Assembly (NCBI GenBank): GCA_045863335.1
Contig: BTVY01000001.1
Span: forward strand, 32,001 to 96,000
Length of the DNA stretch: 64,000 bases
Direction of reading: 5' to 3'
From: Candidatus Hydrogenedentota bacterium
GTDB lineage: Bacteria > Hydrogenedentota > Hydrogenedentia > Hydrogenedentales > SLHB01
The position numbers and the translations under genes were made by a program. This document shows, piece after piece, positions 9,477 to 17,919 of this stretch. The stretch's first letter is position 1. Every line of letters starts with the position of its first letter. The notes beneath the pieces are model-generated. The model had not been told where the DNA came from and made no database searches. It saw only the letters and a list, made by a program, of their open reading frames with translations.

Positions 9477-10417
9477 AAAGGCTCCTTCAAAGCGCCGAAC
9501 TTCCGACACATAGCGTATTGGTGACATGTTCGAGCCATGAAGATAGATGCCTCGCGTTTCTCTCCAGGATCAGTGATTGGAAACCCAAAATGGCGGTGGT
9601 ATTCCACTACGACGACGAGAACCCAAAACGTGAGAAGAATCATAGTTTGATGCTTGCCAAGCTCGAGGAAACGGATATACCCGCCCGCGAAGTAGTCTTC
9701 ACTGAACGAAGAATTGTTAAGAGCTTTCGAGAAAATACAAAACTTTTTCACGAGACACTTTTGCAGAGCGACGTACAGAACGTCGTTCTGGATATTTCTG
9801 TATTCACCAAGAGGCACTTACTCACCTTGCTTCAGTGGTTCGACGACCACAGCTTTTGGGACCATCTACACGTCGTTTACAGTGAGCCGGAAGAGTATAT
9901 CGTGTCCACCCATATACCGCTTTCCTTTGGCCTTTCGTCAATGCGACAGATACCGGGGTTTCCTGCCAGCCCAAATCTGAGCCGGCCACTTCATCTTGCC
10001 CTGTTCCTTGGATACGAAGGCGACCGTGCCCTTGCTGTACATGAGCATGTGCAACCTATGACCACCACAATGTTCATAGGCGACCCGCCATTCCGACCTG
10101 AGTGGCGGGGCAGGTCCGAACTCTTCAACCAAGAACTGATTGCAATAGTGGGTGAAGATCGCGTAAGAAATGTTGATTCTATCGACCCAATGAAGACCCT
10201 TGATGCCCTGATCCAGATTTTCGATACCGGATCGCACAGGAGCCCCTATTCTAGGGCAATCTCGCCGTTGGGTACTAAGCCTCAAACACTGGGAATATAT
10301 GAGTACTTGCGACAAACAGACGATGCACCGGCGGTTGTATATGCCAGTCCGCTTAGGCATAATCATCGATTCTCATCAAGGGGGTTCGGACCGACGTGGA
10401 CATTAAAGGGTGACTAA
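9473..10417 (+). CDS. Uncharacterised 314-aa protein, apparently two tandem CARF/DUF6293-like Rossmann units
   Basis: GTGA overlap with the upstream stop; internally duplicated motifs SSHEDRC/LGYEGDRA, LDISVFTK/ISPLGTK, VVYSEP/VVYASP. The CDS is secure; the fold is inferred. Confidence 0.7.
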   Translation: MKRLLQSAELPTHSVLVTCSSHEDRCLAFLSRISDWKPKMAVVFHYDDENPKREKNHSLMLAKLEETDIPAREVVFTERRIVKSFRENTKLFHETLLQSDVQNVVLDISVFTKRHLLTLLQWFDDHSFWDHLHVVYSEPEEYIVSTHIPLSFGLSSMRQIPGFPASPNLSRPLHLALFLGYEGDRALAVHEHVQPMTTTMFIGDPPFRPEWRGRSELFNQELIAIVGEDRVRNVDSIDPMKTLDALIQIFDTGSHRSPYSRAISPLGTKPQTLGIYEYLRQTDDAPAVVYASPLRHNHRFSSRGFGPTWTLKGD

Positions 10418-11600
10418 CGCAATGCCCCCTTCTCCATCGTATATTGATCGGTACCCCGCGAAGATGGTCCATCACTTGGCATCCAGGTTGATTGATTCCT
10501 ATGCGCGAAAGGCGACGAGGATTCTCGACCCGTTCTGCGGGTCCGGAGCTGTCTTAGTGGCTGCACAACGCAGAAGAATCCCCGCCTATGGGATAGATCT
10601 AAATCCAGTTGCGGGGCTGCTCACGCGAGTGAAACTTGAGGGATTTGACCAACGAGAGTTGGTTGGCCTCACTGAGAAACTGTTGGACTCAGCCGAGTCG
10701 GGTAAATCCTGTTTGCCCATGTCATTACCTAACAAATGCTACTGGTTTACCCCCGCAACTCTGGCCAAGATCGAGTCAATTCGTGGCGCCGCTTCCATTT
10801 CAGACCTTTGGAACTCGCGCGAGGGCAGGGCCTTGGTACTAGCGTTCGCACTAAGCATACGACTGTGTTCCAGGGCCGACCAGCGTAGTCCAAAGCCGTT
10901 TATCTCGAAACAAGCACGAAGCTCACGAGTGGGCCGACATTACGACCCATATACTATCATCAACAAAATCGTCGAGGAAATCTCCGATCACTATGGCGAA
11001 CAACGCCAAACAACAATGACAGCGTTCGGCAGGGGCGACATTGTATCCGACCGCAAATTGATAAGGTTTATGCCCGGCACCTCTCACGTGATCACATCGC
11101 CACCTTACATTAACGCTCAGGATTACTTCCGGAATTTCAAACTTGAATTGCACGCATTGGAAGGCGTATTGCCATTCCGAGTAGCAGAGCTTCGCGACCG
11201 ATTTATTGGTACTGAGCGCGGCGATTTACTCCGCCCAGTAACAAGCTTACGGATCTCGGAGAACATACGCATGCTCCCCGAACTTCCGGATCTCGCGAAG
11301 CGGAAGCCCAGACATGCTGCCATAATTCATCGTTATCTTTCGGATATGTACCATACTTTCAAACAGTTATCTTGCCACATGAACCGCAAATCAACGTTTG
11401 TGCTGGTGTGCGGTGATAACCTCGTGGGCGGAGTTCACATTGCCACCTGGCAATTGCTTGGATCGATGCTTGAGCAATTGGGCTACTGTCTGCAGGATCG
11501 CTTCGCCGATCCAATTATAGATCGGGTCCTTGCGCCAAAAAGGTGTGGCCATAAGGGACTAATCAAGGAGGAGGTCATCTCTGTCTTCGAAAGGTTCTGA
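10410..11600 (+). CDS. DNA methyltransferase, amino (N4-C/N6-A) type, alpha-class motif order
   Basis: YPAKM, SAM-binding LDPFCGSG..GIDLNP, catalytic TSPPY, VCGDN; 8-nt overlap with the upstream gene (alternative ATG at 10422). Confidence 0.9.
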   Translation: MTNAMPPSPSYIDRYPAKMVHHLASRLIDSYARKATRILDPFCGSGAVLVAAQRRRIPAYGIDLNPVAGLLTRVKLEGFDQRELVGLTEKLLDSAESGKSCLPMSLPNKCYWFTPATLAKIESIRGAASISDLWNSREGRALVLAFALSIRLCSRADQRSPKPFISKQARSSRVGRHYDPYTIINKIVEEISDHYGEQRQTTMTAFGRGDIVSDRKLIRFMPGTSHVITSPPYINAQDYFRNFKLELHALEGVLPFRVAELRDRFIGTERGDLLRPVTSLRISENIRMLPELPDLAKRKPRHAAIIHRYLSDMYHTFKQLSCHMNRKSTFVLVCGDNLVGGVHIATWQLLGSMLEQLGYCLQDRFADPIIDRVLAPKRCGHKGLIKEEVISVFERF

Positions 11601-11639
11601 GTCCGCAGCAATCGGCAATAGCGAATGTTTTTCCTTAGC

Positions 11640-11678
11640 GGGCGGCTCGCGCCGGTCTTGGTGCGAGCCGCCCCTTTG
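11640..11678. terminator. Hairpin terminator between convergent genes
   Basis: GGGCGGCTCGC...GCGAGCCGCCC stem followed by CTTT, between the stops at 11600 (+) and 11686 (-). Confidence 0.6.
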
Positions 11679-11685
11679 TATCCCT

Positions 11686-13122
11686 TCACGCCTCCTGCAC
11701 GACCTTGAAGCCCATAAGGTGGGCGAGGTCGTTGATGCTTTGGCTGTGGTCGCCGTAGAAGACGACGCGGTGGAGCAGAGTCATGGTATCGCTGCCGAGG
11801 AGGTCTGCGCCCCAGTTTTGGAACATGCTGCGAGCGTCGGCGACTTCGGTGACGAATTGCGTGCGGCACCCGAGTTCGTCGTGGGTCACGTCGATGATCT
11901 TGCCCGTGGACAACAGCATGGTGTCGAGATTGACGAACTTCGCGCAGGTGACCGGCTGGCCGATGCGGTTCTCCACGTCGAGCGAAACGCCCCGGTCGCT
12001 GTCGGTCTGGGTGCGGATGGTGAAGGGCAAGCGCTCGCCGTCCGGTCCGTCCATGCGCGTGGCGGACGTGCAGTGGAAGTGGATGAGCGCGTTGCGGGCC
12101 GTATCGAACACGGGATCCGTAATGAACCCCGGCACGCCAAAGGCGTAGCTGAACATCAACATGGTCAGCGTCGAATCCATGTCGCCTTCGCAAGCGCCGA
12201 CGAATCCCATGTCATTGAGTTTGCTGAACGCGAGACAGCCTTTCGCGGGTTCACCCATGCAATTGGAACTCGTAACGGCCTGCGCCCCGTGGGCAATCAT
12301 GAGTTCCTTCATGGCGAGGTAGAGCCGCGTCGCGTCGACGATTTCCTGCCGCGTGGGTTCAACGATGGCCTTGGCCTGGCCGAGCCAATAGGCTTCCGCC
12401 TCGGCCTCGGCAAGGGCCGGGTCGACCGCGTCAAACGCGGCAATCGTATCCTCCACCGTGATAGGAATCATCTCGGCGCCCCACCGCTCTTTGAGTTGCG
12501 CGCCGTCGCAGGCAGCCGGCGTACCCATAGGGCCGCGCACGACGAGGATCTTCGTGTTCCGCATGCGCGACGGCACCCGCATGAGCGCGGCAACCCGGTC
12601 GATCTCGCTCCAGTCACTGGACGGAATCGAAACCACCTTTTTGCCTTCCTTTTGCCAGAGCGGGAAGTACATCCAGCCGTGGCCGCTGAAGGGTTGCGAG
12701 AACACGGCCGTGGGCAGGCCCGCGGCGACGATCTGTTCCATGGCTTCCCGTGGCGCGCCGCCGCCGTGGCCGGACAGGTGAAACATGAGCACGCCATCGG
12801 CCTTCGGGAGCTGCTCCAGTACGGCGGGCAATTCATCCGGCGGCACCAGTTGGCCGCCCACGAATTTCACGTCGCCCAAGCGGGTTTCCAGATCCGCGAG
12901 GTAAGCCTTGAACTTGTTGATCTCTTCGGTCGGACGGGAAAGATAGATGTCGCCGGTGCGGCCGATGAACACGGAATGGATGTTGATCAGTTCGGGCTTG
13001 GGCCAACGGTCGTCGTCGAAGGCGACGGTCCGTGCGTAGCTCTTCATCTGCGATGCGAGCAATACGCCCCCGGCCACACTGCATCCCAGGAATTGCCGCC
13101 GGCTCACGCAAGAAGAACACAT
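11686..13122 (-). CDS. Tat-exported L-fucose/L-arabinose isomerase-like protein
   Basis: ATG at 13122 after GGAGGT; twin-Arg SRRQFL; C-terminal ACEGD, PGFITDP, HCT, CRTQ and HRVVFYGD motifs of the fucose-isomerase-like fold. Confidence 0.75.
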   Translation of the reverse strand: MCSSCVSRRQFLGCSVAGGVLLASQMKSYARTVAFDDDRWPKPELINIHSVFIGRTGDIYLSRPTEEINKFKAYLADLETRLGDVKFVGGQLVPPDELPAVLEQLPKADGVLMFHLSGHGGGAPREAMEQIVAAGLPTAVFSQPFSGHGWMYFPLWQKEGKKVVSIPSSDWSEIDRVAALMRVPSRMRNTKILVVRGPMGTPAACDGAQLKERWGAEMIPITVEDTIAAFDAVDPALAEAEAEAYWLGQAKAIVEPTRQEIVDATRLYLAMKELMIAHGAQAVTSSNCMGEPAKGCLAFSKLNDMGFVGACEGDMDSTLTMLMFSYAFGVPGFITDPVFDTARNALIHFHCTSATRMDGPDGERLPFTIRTQTDSDRGVSLDVENRIGQPVTCAKFVNLDTMLLSTGKIIDVTHDELGCRTQFVTEVADARSMFQNWGADLLGSDTMTLLHRVVFYGDHSQSINDLAHLMGFKVVQEA

Positions 13123-13314
13123 GGGTACCTCCTTGGGCCGAGGCAAGTCCCCCGGCCCCGTATCCACCAGAGATCATCCGATGAAAACAAGGTCCCCGTT
13201 CCGGCAGAGCACACAGACAGAGCGAGCGTTCGGCCGCCCCATCCCCCGTTTCCGGGACGACTCATGGTGGGAGAAAATCGGCGGGTGGATCGCACCACCC
13301 TCCCCCGTGGGTTT

Positions 13315-13343
13315 AGTCTAGCCCTTTCCGCCGGATCTGGCAA
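13315..13343 (-). promoter_or_regulatory. Putative sigma70 promoter for the Tat isomerase-like gene
   Basis: On the minus strand: TTGCCA, 17 nt, TAGACT. Confidence 0.5.
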
Positions 13344-13475
13344 GGGCATTCCAACGCGGGGCAATCGCTCCAAGACTTCCAAATGCTTCGGCGTGGGAAT
13401 TCATCTGCGAACGCGGAAGGCATAGAAACTGAAAAGATGGCCCCCCATTCGCGAGGGTGACGGGGTAGTGCTTCC

Positions 13476-13562
13476 TGTAGCGCCCGGTTTCCATGCCGGG
13501 CGAGATTCACATCCGCTAATTCACGGAGAAACAACGCCCGCCATGGAAGGCGGGACGCTACA
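13476..13562. repeat. REP-like inverted doublet (GTAG-type)
   Basis: TGTAGCGCCCGGTTTCCATGCCGGGCG, spacer, then CGCCCGCCATGGAAGGCGGGACGCTACA in inverted orientation, just downstream of the SSS gene. Confidence 0.65.
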
Positions 13563-13594
13563 GATTGTCCTATGCTGATTTCTGCCACGGGTTG

Positions 13595-15187
13595 CTAAAC
13601 CAGCGGCGTTCGGTCCTGGGTCCAGACGGTCAGGTTGGTGAGGTCGCGGGGTTTGCGCGGCAGAAGCAGGCCCATCGCGTAACCCGCGATAAACATGACG
13701 ATATGGCCGATCACGCCGGTGTAATACACGTCGATGGGCAGGCGCAGACTCTCCGGAATGCGGAGCCACTCGGGCAGCGCGGTGTCATACTGGATGAACG
13801 TCATGTAGGCGGACCAGAGCACGGTGCATCCGATCGCGATGCCCACGCTGCGGGCGTCGCCGATCCGCGTGAGGAATCCGAGCAGGTAAAGGCCCAGCAG
13901 CCCGCCCGCGATGATGGAACTGATGATCAATCCGGTTTCGGCGATCGTCTTGCTTTCCGAAACGAGGAATACCCAGGCGCCGCCGATCATCATCACCGAT
14001 GCCGCGATGCCGATCCACCGCGCCACGGAGAGGTAATGCTTGTCGTCCCGGTGCTTCACGAGATGGCGGCGGTACACGTCGACCACGCTGACCGTGGCAA
14101 TGGCGTTGATGCTGGAATCCAGGGAAGACATGGCCGCGGCAAAGATCGCGGCGAGTACAATGCCGGTCAGCCCCGCGGGCAGTTTCTGGCTGATGAAGTA
14201 CGGCAGGATCTCCTCTGCTTTGCGCGCGCCGGTCAACATGCCATCGGCGGCGGAGTCGGGGTGCGCCTGATAGTACACATAGAAGGCTGTGCCCAGGAAG
14301 TAGAAGAAGATCCACATCCCAAGACTTGCGATGCAACTGACGAACAGGGCCTTCCGGGCTTCGTGCATGTTGGCCGATGCGCAATAGCGTTGCACGACGT
14401 TCTGGTTGCACGCGTACTCTGCCATGAAATGGGTTAGCCCCACGAAGAAGATCATCAGCGCGGTCTTCTCGCTGAGGCTAAAGGTCCAGGAGGCCTGCCG
14501 CAACGAACCGTCCGGCATAAGCTCTCGGAACGCGAGCTTGTCATGCGCCAGCCCGACCGAAACAATCTCGCCAAATCCGCCCGGCAACGCCTGGACGACC
14601 GCGACGAGACACAGCACGGCCCCCACGGCCAGCACGATGGTCTGGACCACGTCGGTCCAGACCACCGCCTCGATGCCTCCCGCCACGGTATAGAAGGCGA
14701 CAAACACGCCGCATAGGAGAATGCAGATCGTCGGATCGAGCCCCGTGACCGTGGCGAACATGAGTGCGAGCAGATACAGGACCATCGCGAGCCGCGTGAC
14801 CTGGGATATGAGAAAGGCCAGGGCGCCGTAGAGGCGCGTGGACGGGCCAAACCGCGCTTCCAGATACTCAAAGGCCGATGTGACTTTGCCGCGCCGGTAG
14901 AAGGGAAGAAAGAGGTAGGCGCCCGCAAACACCGCCAGGGGGAATCCGAGACTGAACGCGAATCGAATCCACGAGGTCTTGTACGAGTCCGCGGGAATTC
15001 CAAGAAAAGAGTTGGAACTGATGGACGTTCCTACCAGGGAAATGCCGATGGCCCAACCGGGAAAGGCGCGGTTTCCCAGGAAGTATTCTTCCGTGCTGGT
15101 GTTGCGCCGGGCGAAATAGACACCGGCATACGCCATGCCCGCGAAGTACAGGACCATGACCAAATAGTCGATCCAGGAAACGCCCAC
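13595..15187 (-). CDS. Sodium:solute symporter (SSS) family transporter
   Basis: Many transmembrane segments; EEYFLG.R, SAFEYLEARFG, GGIEAVVWTD, QNVVQRY, AAAMSSLDS. Confidence 0.95.
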   Translation of the reverse strand: MGVSWIDYLVMVLYFAGMAYAGVYFARRNTSTEEYFLGNRAFPGWAIGISLVGTSISSNSFLGIPADSYKTSWIRFAFSLGFPLAVFAGAYLFLPFYRRGKVTSAFEYLEARFGPSTRLYGALAFLISQVTRLAMVLYLLALMFATVTGLDPTICILLCGVFVAFYTVAGGIEAVVWTDVVQTIVLAVGAVLCLVAVVQALPGGFGEIVSVGLAHDKLAFRELMPDGSLRQASWTFSLSEKTALMIFFVGLTHFMAEYACNQNVVQRYCASANMHEARKALFVSCIASLGMWIFFYFLGTAFYVYYQAHPDSAADGMLTGARKAEEILPYFISQKLPAGLTGIVLAAIFAAAMSSLDSSINAIATVSVVDVYRRHLVKHRDDKHYLSVARWIGIAASVMMIGGAWVFLVSESKTIAETGLIISSIIAGGLLGLYLLGFLTRIGDARSVGIAIGCTVLWSAYMTFIQYDTALPEWLRIPESLRLPIDVYYTGVIGHIVMFIAGYAMGLLLPRKPRDLTNLTVWTQDRTPLV

Positions 15188-15281
15188 GTGCTCCCTCCCG
15201 CCGCCGCAAAAGGCGAGCCAAACCTAGCACATGGGCGGTGCGACTACAAGGCGAGGCGGTAAGGTCTGTCGCGTGATAGGA

Positions 15282-17822
15282 TCAATCGTCGTCCACCGGA
15301 AATACGAAGGCCGCGCGCACAGGCGCGGGCATGGGGCTGTCCGCGCCCTTTATGGAACGCCACACGATCTCGTTGAACACGAGATCGTCTGCCGCGTCTT
15401 CTTTCTCGAAGTTGAGTTGGGCGGACAGGTCCGAACCCCAGTCGTCCGCGCTGTTGCGGACGGTGCGCAATTCCTCCGGTACGGGCCGGCATTGGTACGG
15501 CGTGAGGTCAGACTCGTGCCGGAACGTGTTGTACATGGGCAAAGCCCCCGCGTCGTACTGGCTCATGGGTTGAAGCCCGAGAATCAATTCCATCGTCCGC
15601 AGCATGCTCGCGGTGGAGTACATGGTGCGGTCCAGACCCCGCCCGCGGGTGTACGGGCTCACCACCATCGCGACCGTCCGGTGCGCGTCGATGTGATCGG
15701 GTCCGTTCTGCGCGTCGTCCTGCACGACGAAGATCGCGGTTTCCGGCCACACGGAGCTTGCGCTGACCGCCTCGACGATCATGCCGAGGGCGAGATCGTT
15801 GTCCGCAACCATGGACCGGGGTGACAGACTGCCCTCCTTCGTGCCGGCGGTGTGATCGTTAGGCAATCGCACGATCATGAATTGGGGCAGCGCGTCCTCC
15901 CCGAGCATGCGATTGAACTCCGAGATGAATCGCGCGGCGCGATCCACATCCAGGTAGTCGAGATCCCAGCCGTTGTAGAAGGGATCGAAATGCCCTTCCA
16001 GCGTCTCCACCGGCGTCGTCGCAGGCTCAAGATGCGCATCCGGATCGCCCGTGGCAATAGTGCCGGTCTGTTCCTGTCCGGCTTCGGGAGTCTTCGGTTC
16101 TGGATTTCCCACGAACTCGCCGAAGCTGAAGTACGACACGCCCGCCTCGCGGCACTTGTCCCAGATGTATCCCGACTCCGGGTACGCGATGGGCCAGCGC
16201 CCCTCCGACGGATAGGTCAGCCCGTGGCCGCCGTAGGAGCTGGGCCACGTCTTCTGGACGAAATCGGTGGCGTACGCGCCGGTGGTCCATTCATGACCGT
16301 CCGCGCTCACCTGCGATTCCACGTAGAAGTTGTCCAGCAGCACGTACTCCCGCGCCAGCGCGTGGTGGTTCGGCGTGAACTTTTCCGGGAAGAGACACAA
16401 ATCCGGGTCGCCGCGACCCTCCGGCATGTCGCCGAAAATCTGATCGTAGGTTCGGTTTTCTTTGATGATGTAGATACAGTGTTTGACAGGCGAGGGATCG
16501 CCCACCTTCGCGGGAATGGGGTTTCCTGAGGTGGGTTCCGCAACCGGCTGCTTGTCCTCCCGGTATGGAGAGCAGCGGCGTACTCGCGCCGTCAATTCGG
16601 GCAACACGTCGTTTGGCGGCATAGGAATGATCGACAGCGTTCCCGGCGTCATCACCTTGGCATGTTGTTCGTAGGTCCTTCGCGTGTCGTCACGCATGTA
16701 CGGATTCGGACCGCGTGGATTGGCGTTGGAGGAGAAACCCTTGCCGTTGGCGACGTAGATGGTCTTTCCGTCGGCGGATACGCGGACGGACGTGGGATAC
16801 CACCCAACCGGAATGGCGCCCAGCGCGCGCGAGCGTCCGGGCTCCTCAACTCCAAAAACCGCAACCGAGTTATTGTCCGCGTTGGCGATGAACAGGAGTT
16901 CGCCATTCGGCGACAGGGCGAGCGCGTTTGGCGTGCTGCCTTCCAACGCATCGGGATACAGCGCCGTGTTCAGCGTTTCCGTGACCTGCATGGCCGCCGT
17001 GTCGATGGCCGATACGGTGTTCACGTTCGCATTCGCCACGAAGAGCCGTGACCCGTCCGCGGAAAGCAACAATTCATTCGGGTGTTCGCCGGTTTCCACC
17101 AACACAGGCTCGCCGATCCCCTCGCCTTCCAGCGGTATCATGGCGACCTTGGCCTGTCCCCAGAGGCTGACGTATAGGCGCGAACCGTCCGGCGAAAACG
17201 CGCAATCATAGGGCCTGGATTCCGTGCCGAAATCGCGCCGCCACCGCTGAACGCCGGTCTCGGCATTCCACACGCCGACCGCGTTGCCCCAGGTTTCCGT
17301 GACGGCGAGCCATGTGCCGTCGGGACTCACCTGGATGCCGCAGGGAACGTGCTGCTCCTTCACGGGCGCGATCGAGAAGCTCCCCGGATTGGATAAGTAC
17401 CCATCGTCGAAGTCAAAGGAGTGAATGACCTCGTCTTCGCCACCGCTCACGTACAACCGCGACCCGTCGGGCGAAAACGCGAGGCCGTAATACACGTTCG
17501 GCAACACCACGCGACTGACGAGCCGATTTCCACTCGTGCGGAAGACCATCAGTTCGTGCTCGCCCGCGCCGCAGTGGGCGACGACAAGATACTGCCCATC
17601 GGGAGTCAACCGCATGTTCATCGGGAACTGCCCCAAAGGCCGGTCGTCCCCTACCGGGTCCAGGTACCATTGATTCGGCAACAGGATACGGTTCGGCGCA
17701 ACCTCTCCTGTTCGCGCCGGTGTCTCTTGCGCCCCCGCGACAATTCCGAGCATTGAACAGACGATTGCGACCCGTATAACGAAGCGATTTCCGGCAGGCG
17801 AAAAAAGAACATGGTGTGGCAT
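15282..17822 (-). CDS. Secreted YncE-type beta-propeller / phosphoesterase (alkaline phosphatase superfamily) bifunctional protein
   Basis: Signal peptide, repeated SPDG..LYV.N blades, then IIKENRTYDQ, SADGHEW, LPNDHT, DDAQNGPDH. Confidence 0.9.
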   Translation of the reverse strand: MPHHVLFSPAGNRFVIRVAIVCSMLGIVAGAQETPARTGEVAPNRILLPNQWYLDPVGDDRPLGQFPMNMRLTPDGQYLVVAHCGAGEHELMVFRTSGNRLVSRVVLPNVYYGLAFSPDGSRLYVSGGEDEVIHSFDFDDGYLSNPGSFSIAPVKEQHVPCGIQVSPDGTWLAVTETWGNAVGVWNAETGVQRWRRDFGTESRPYDCAFSPDGSRLYVSLWGQAKVAMIPLEGEGIGEPVLVETGEHPNELLLSADGSRLFVANANVNTVSAIDTAAMQVTETLNTALYPDALEGSTPNALALSPNGELLFIANADNNSVAVFGVEEPGRSRALGAIPVGWYPTSVRVSADGKTIYVANGKGFSSNANPRGPNPYMRDDTRRTYEQHAKVMTPGTLSIIPMPPNDVLPELTARVRRCSPYREDKQPVAEPTSGNPIPAKVGDPSPVKHCIYIIKENRTYDQIFGDMPEGRGDPDLCLFPEKFTPNHHALAREYVLLDNFYVESQVSADGHEWTTGAYATDFVQKTWPSSYGGHGLTYPSEGRWPIAYPESGYIWDKCREAGVSYFSFGEFVGNPEPKTPEAGQEQTGTIATGDPDAHLEPATTPVETLEGHFDPFYNGWDLDYLDVDRAARFISEFNRMLGEDALPQFMIVRLPNDHTAGTKEGSLSPRSMVADNDLALGMIVEAVSASSVWPETAIFVVQDDAQNGPDHIDAHRTVAMVVSPYTRGRGLDRTMYSTASMLRTMELILGLQPMSQYDAGALPMYNTFRHESDLTPYQCRPVPEELRTVRNSADDWGSDLSAQLNFEKEDAADDLVFNEIVWRSIKGADSPMPAPVRAAFVFPVDDD

Positions 17823-17919
17823 CGTGTAACTCCCCGCGATGGATTAACTACAGGACGCAGCATGCGGAAATGGTATGGCGGATGCAACAGGTGCGTAAAC
17901 TTGATGGGCGATGCGAACG

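Larger units (their letters stand above)
7068..11635. mobile_element. Small lower-GC genomic island (putative defence cassette); boundaries approximate
   Basis: Abrupt shift to A/T-ending codons and lower GC across the three coupled genes, reverting at about 11640; no integrase or att site seen. Confidence 0.6.

Noticed and set aside
7203-11600. Calling the island Thoeris, CBASS or a classical type II restriction-modification system
   Set aside because: No ThsA-like SIR2/Macro effector, no CD-NTase and no recognisable endonuclease; the TIR is fused to an ATPase. A divergent nuclease cannot be excluded without HMM searches
7068-11640. att sites, tRNA target or target-site duplication at the island borders
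   Set aside because: I found no flanking direct repeat, tRNA or recombinase by eye
11719-13425. Long antisense or alternate-frame ORFs (also 5601-7139, 39216-40865, 51936-53855, 54195-55859 and others)
   Set aside because: They shadow well-supported genes, lack motifs, and are expected in GC-rich DNA
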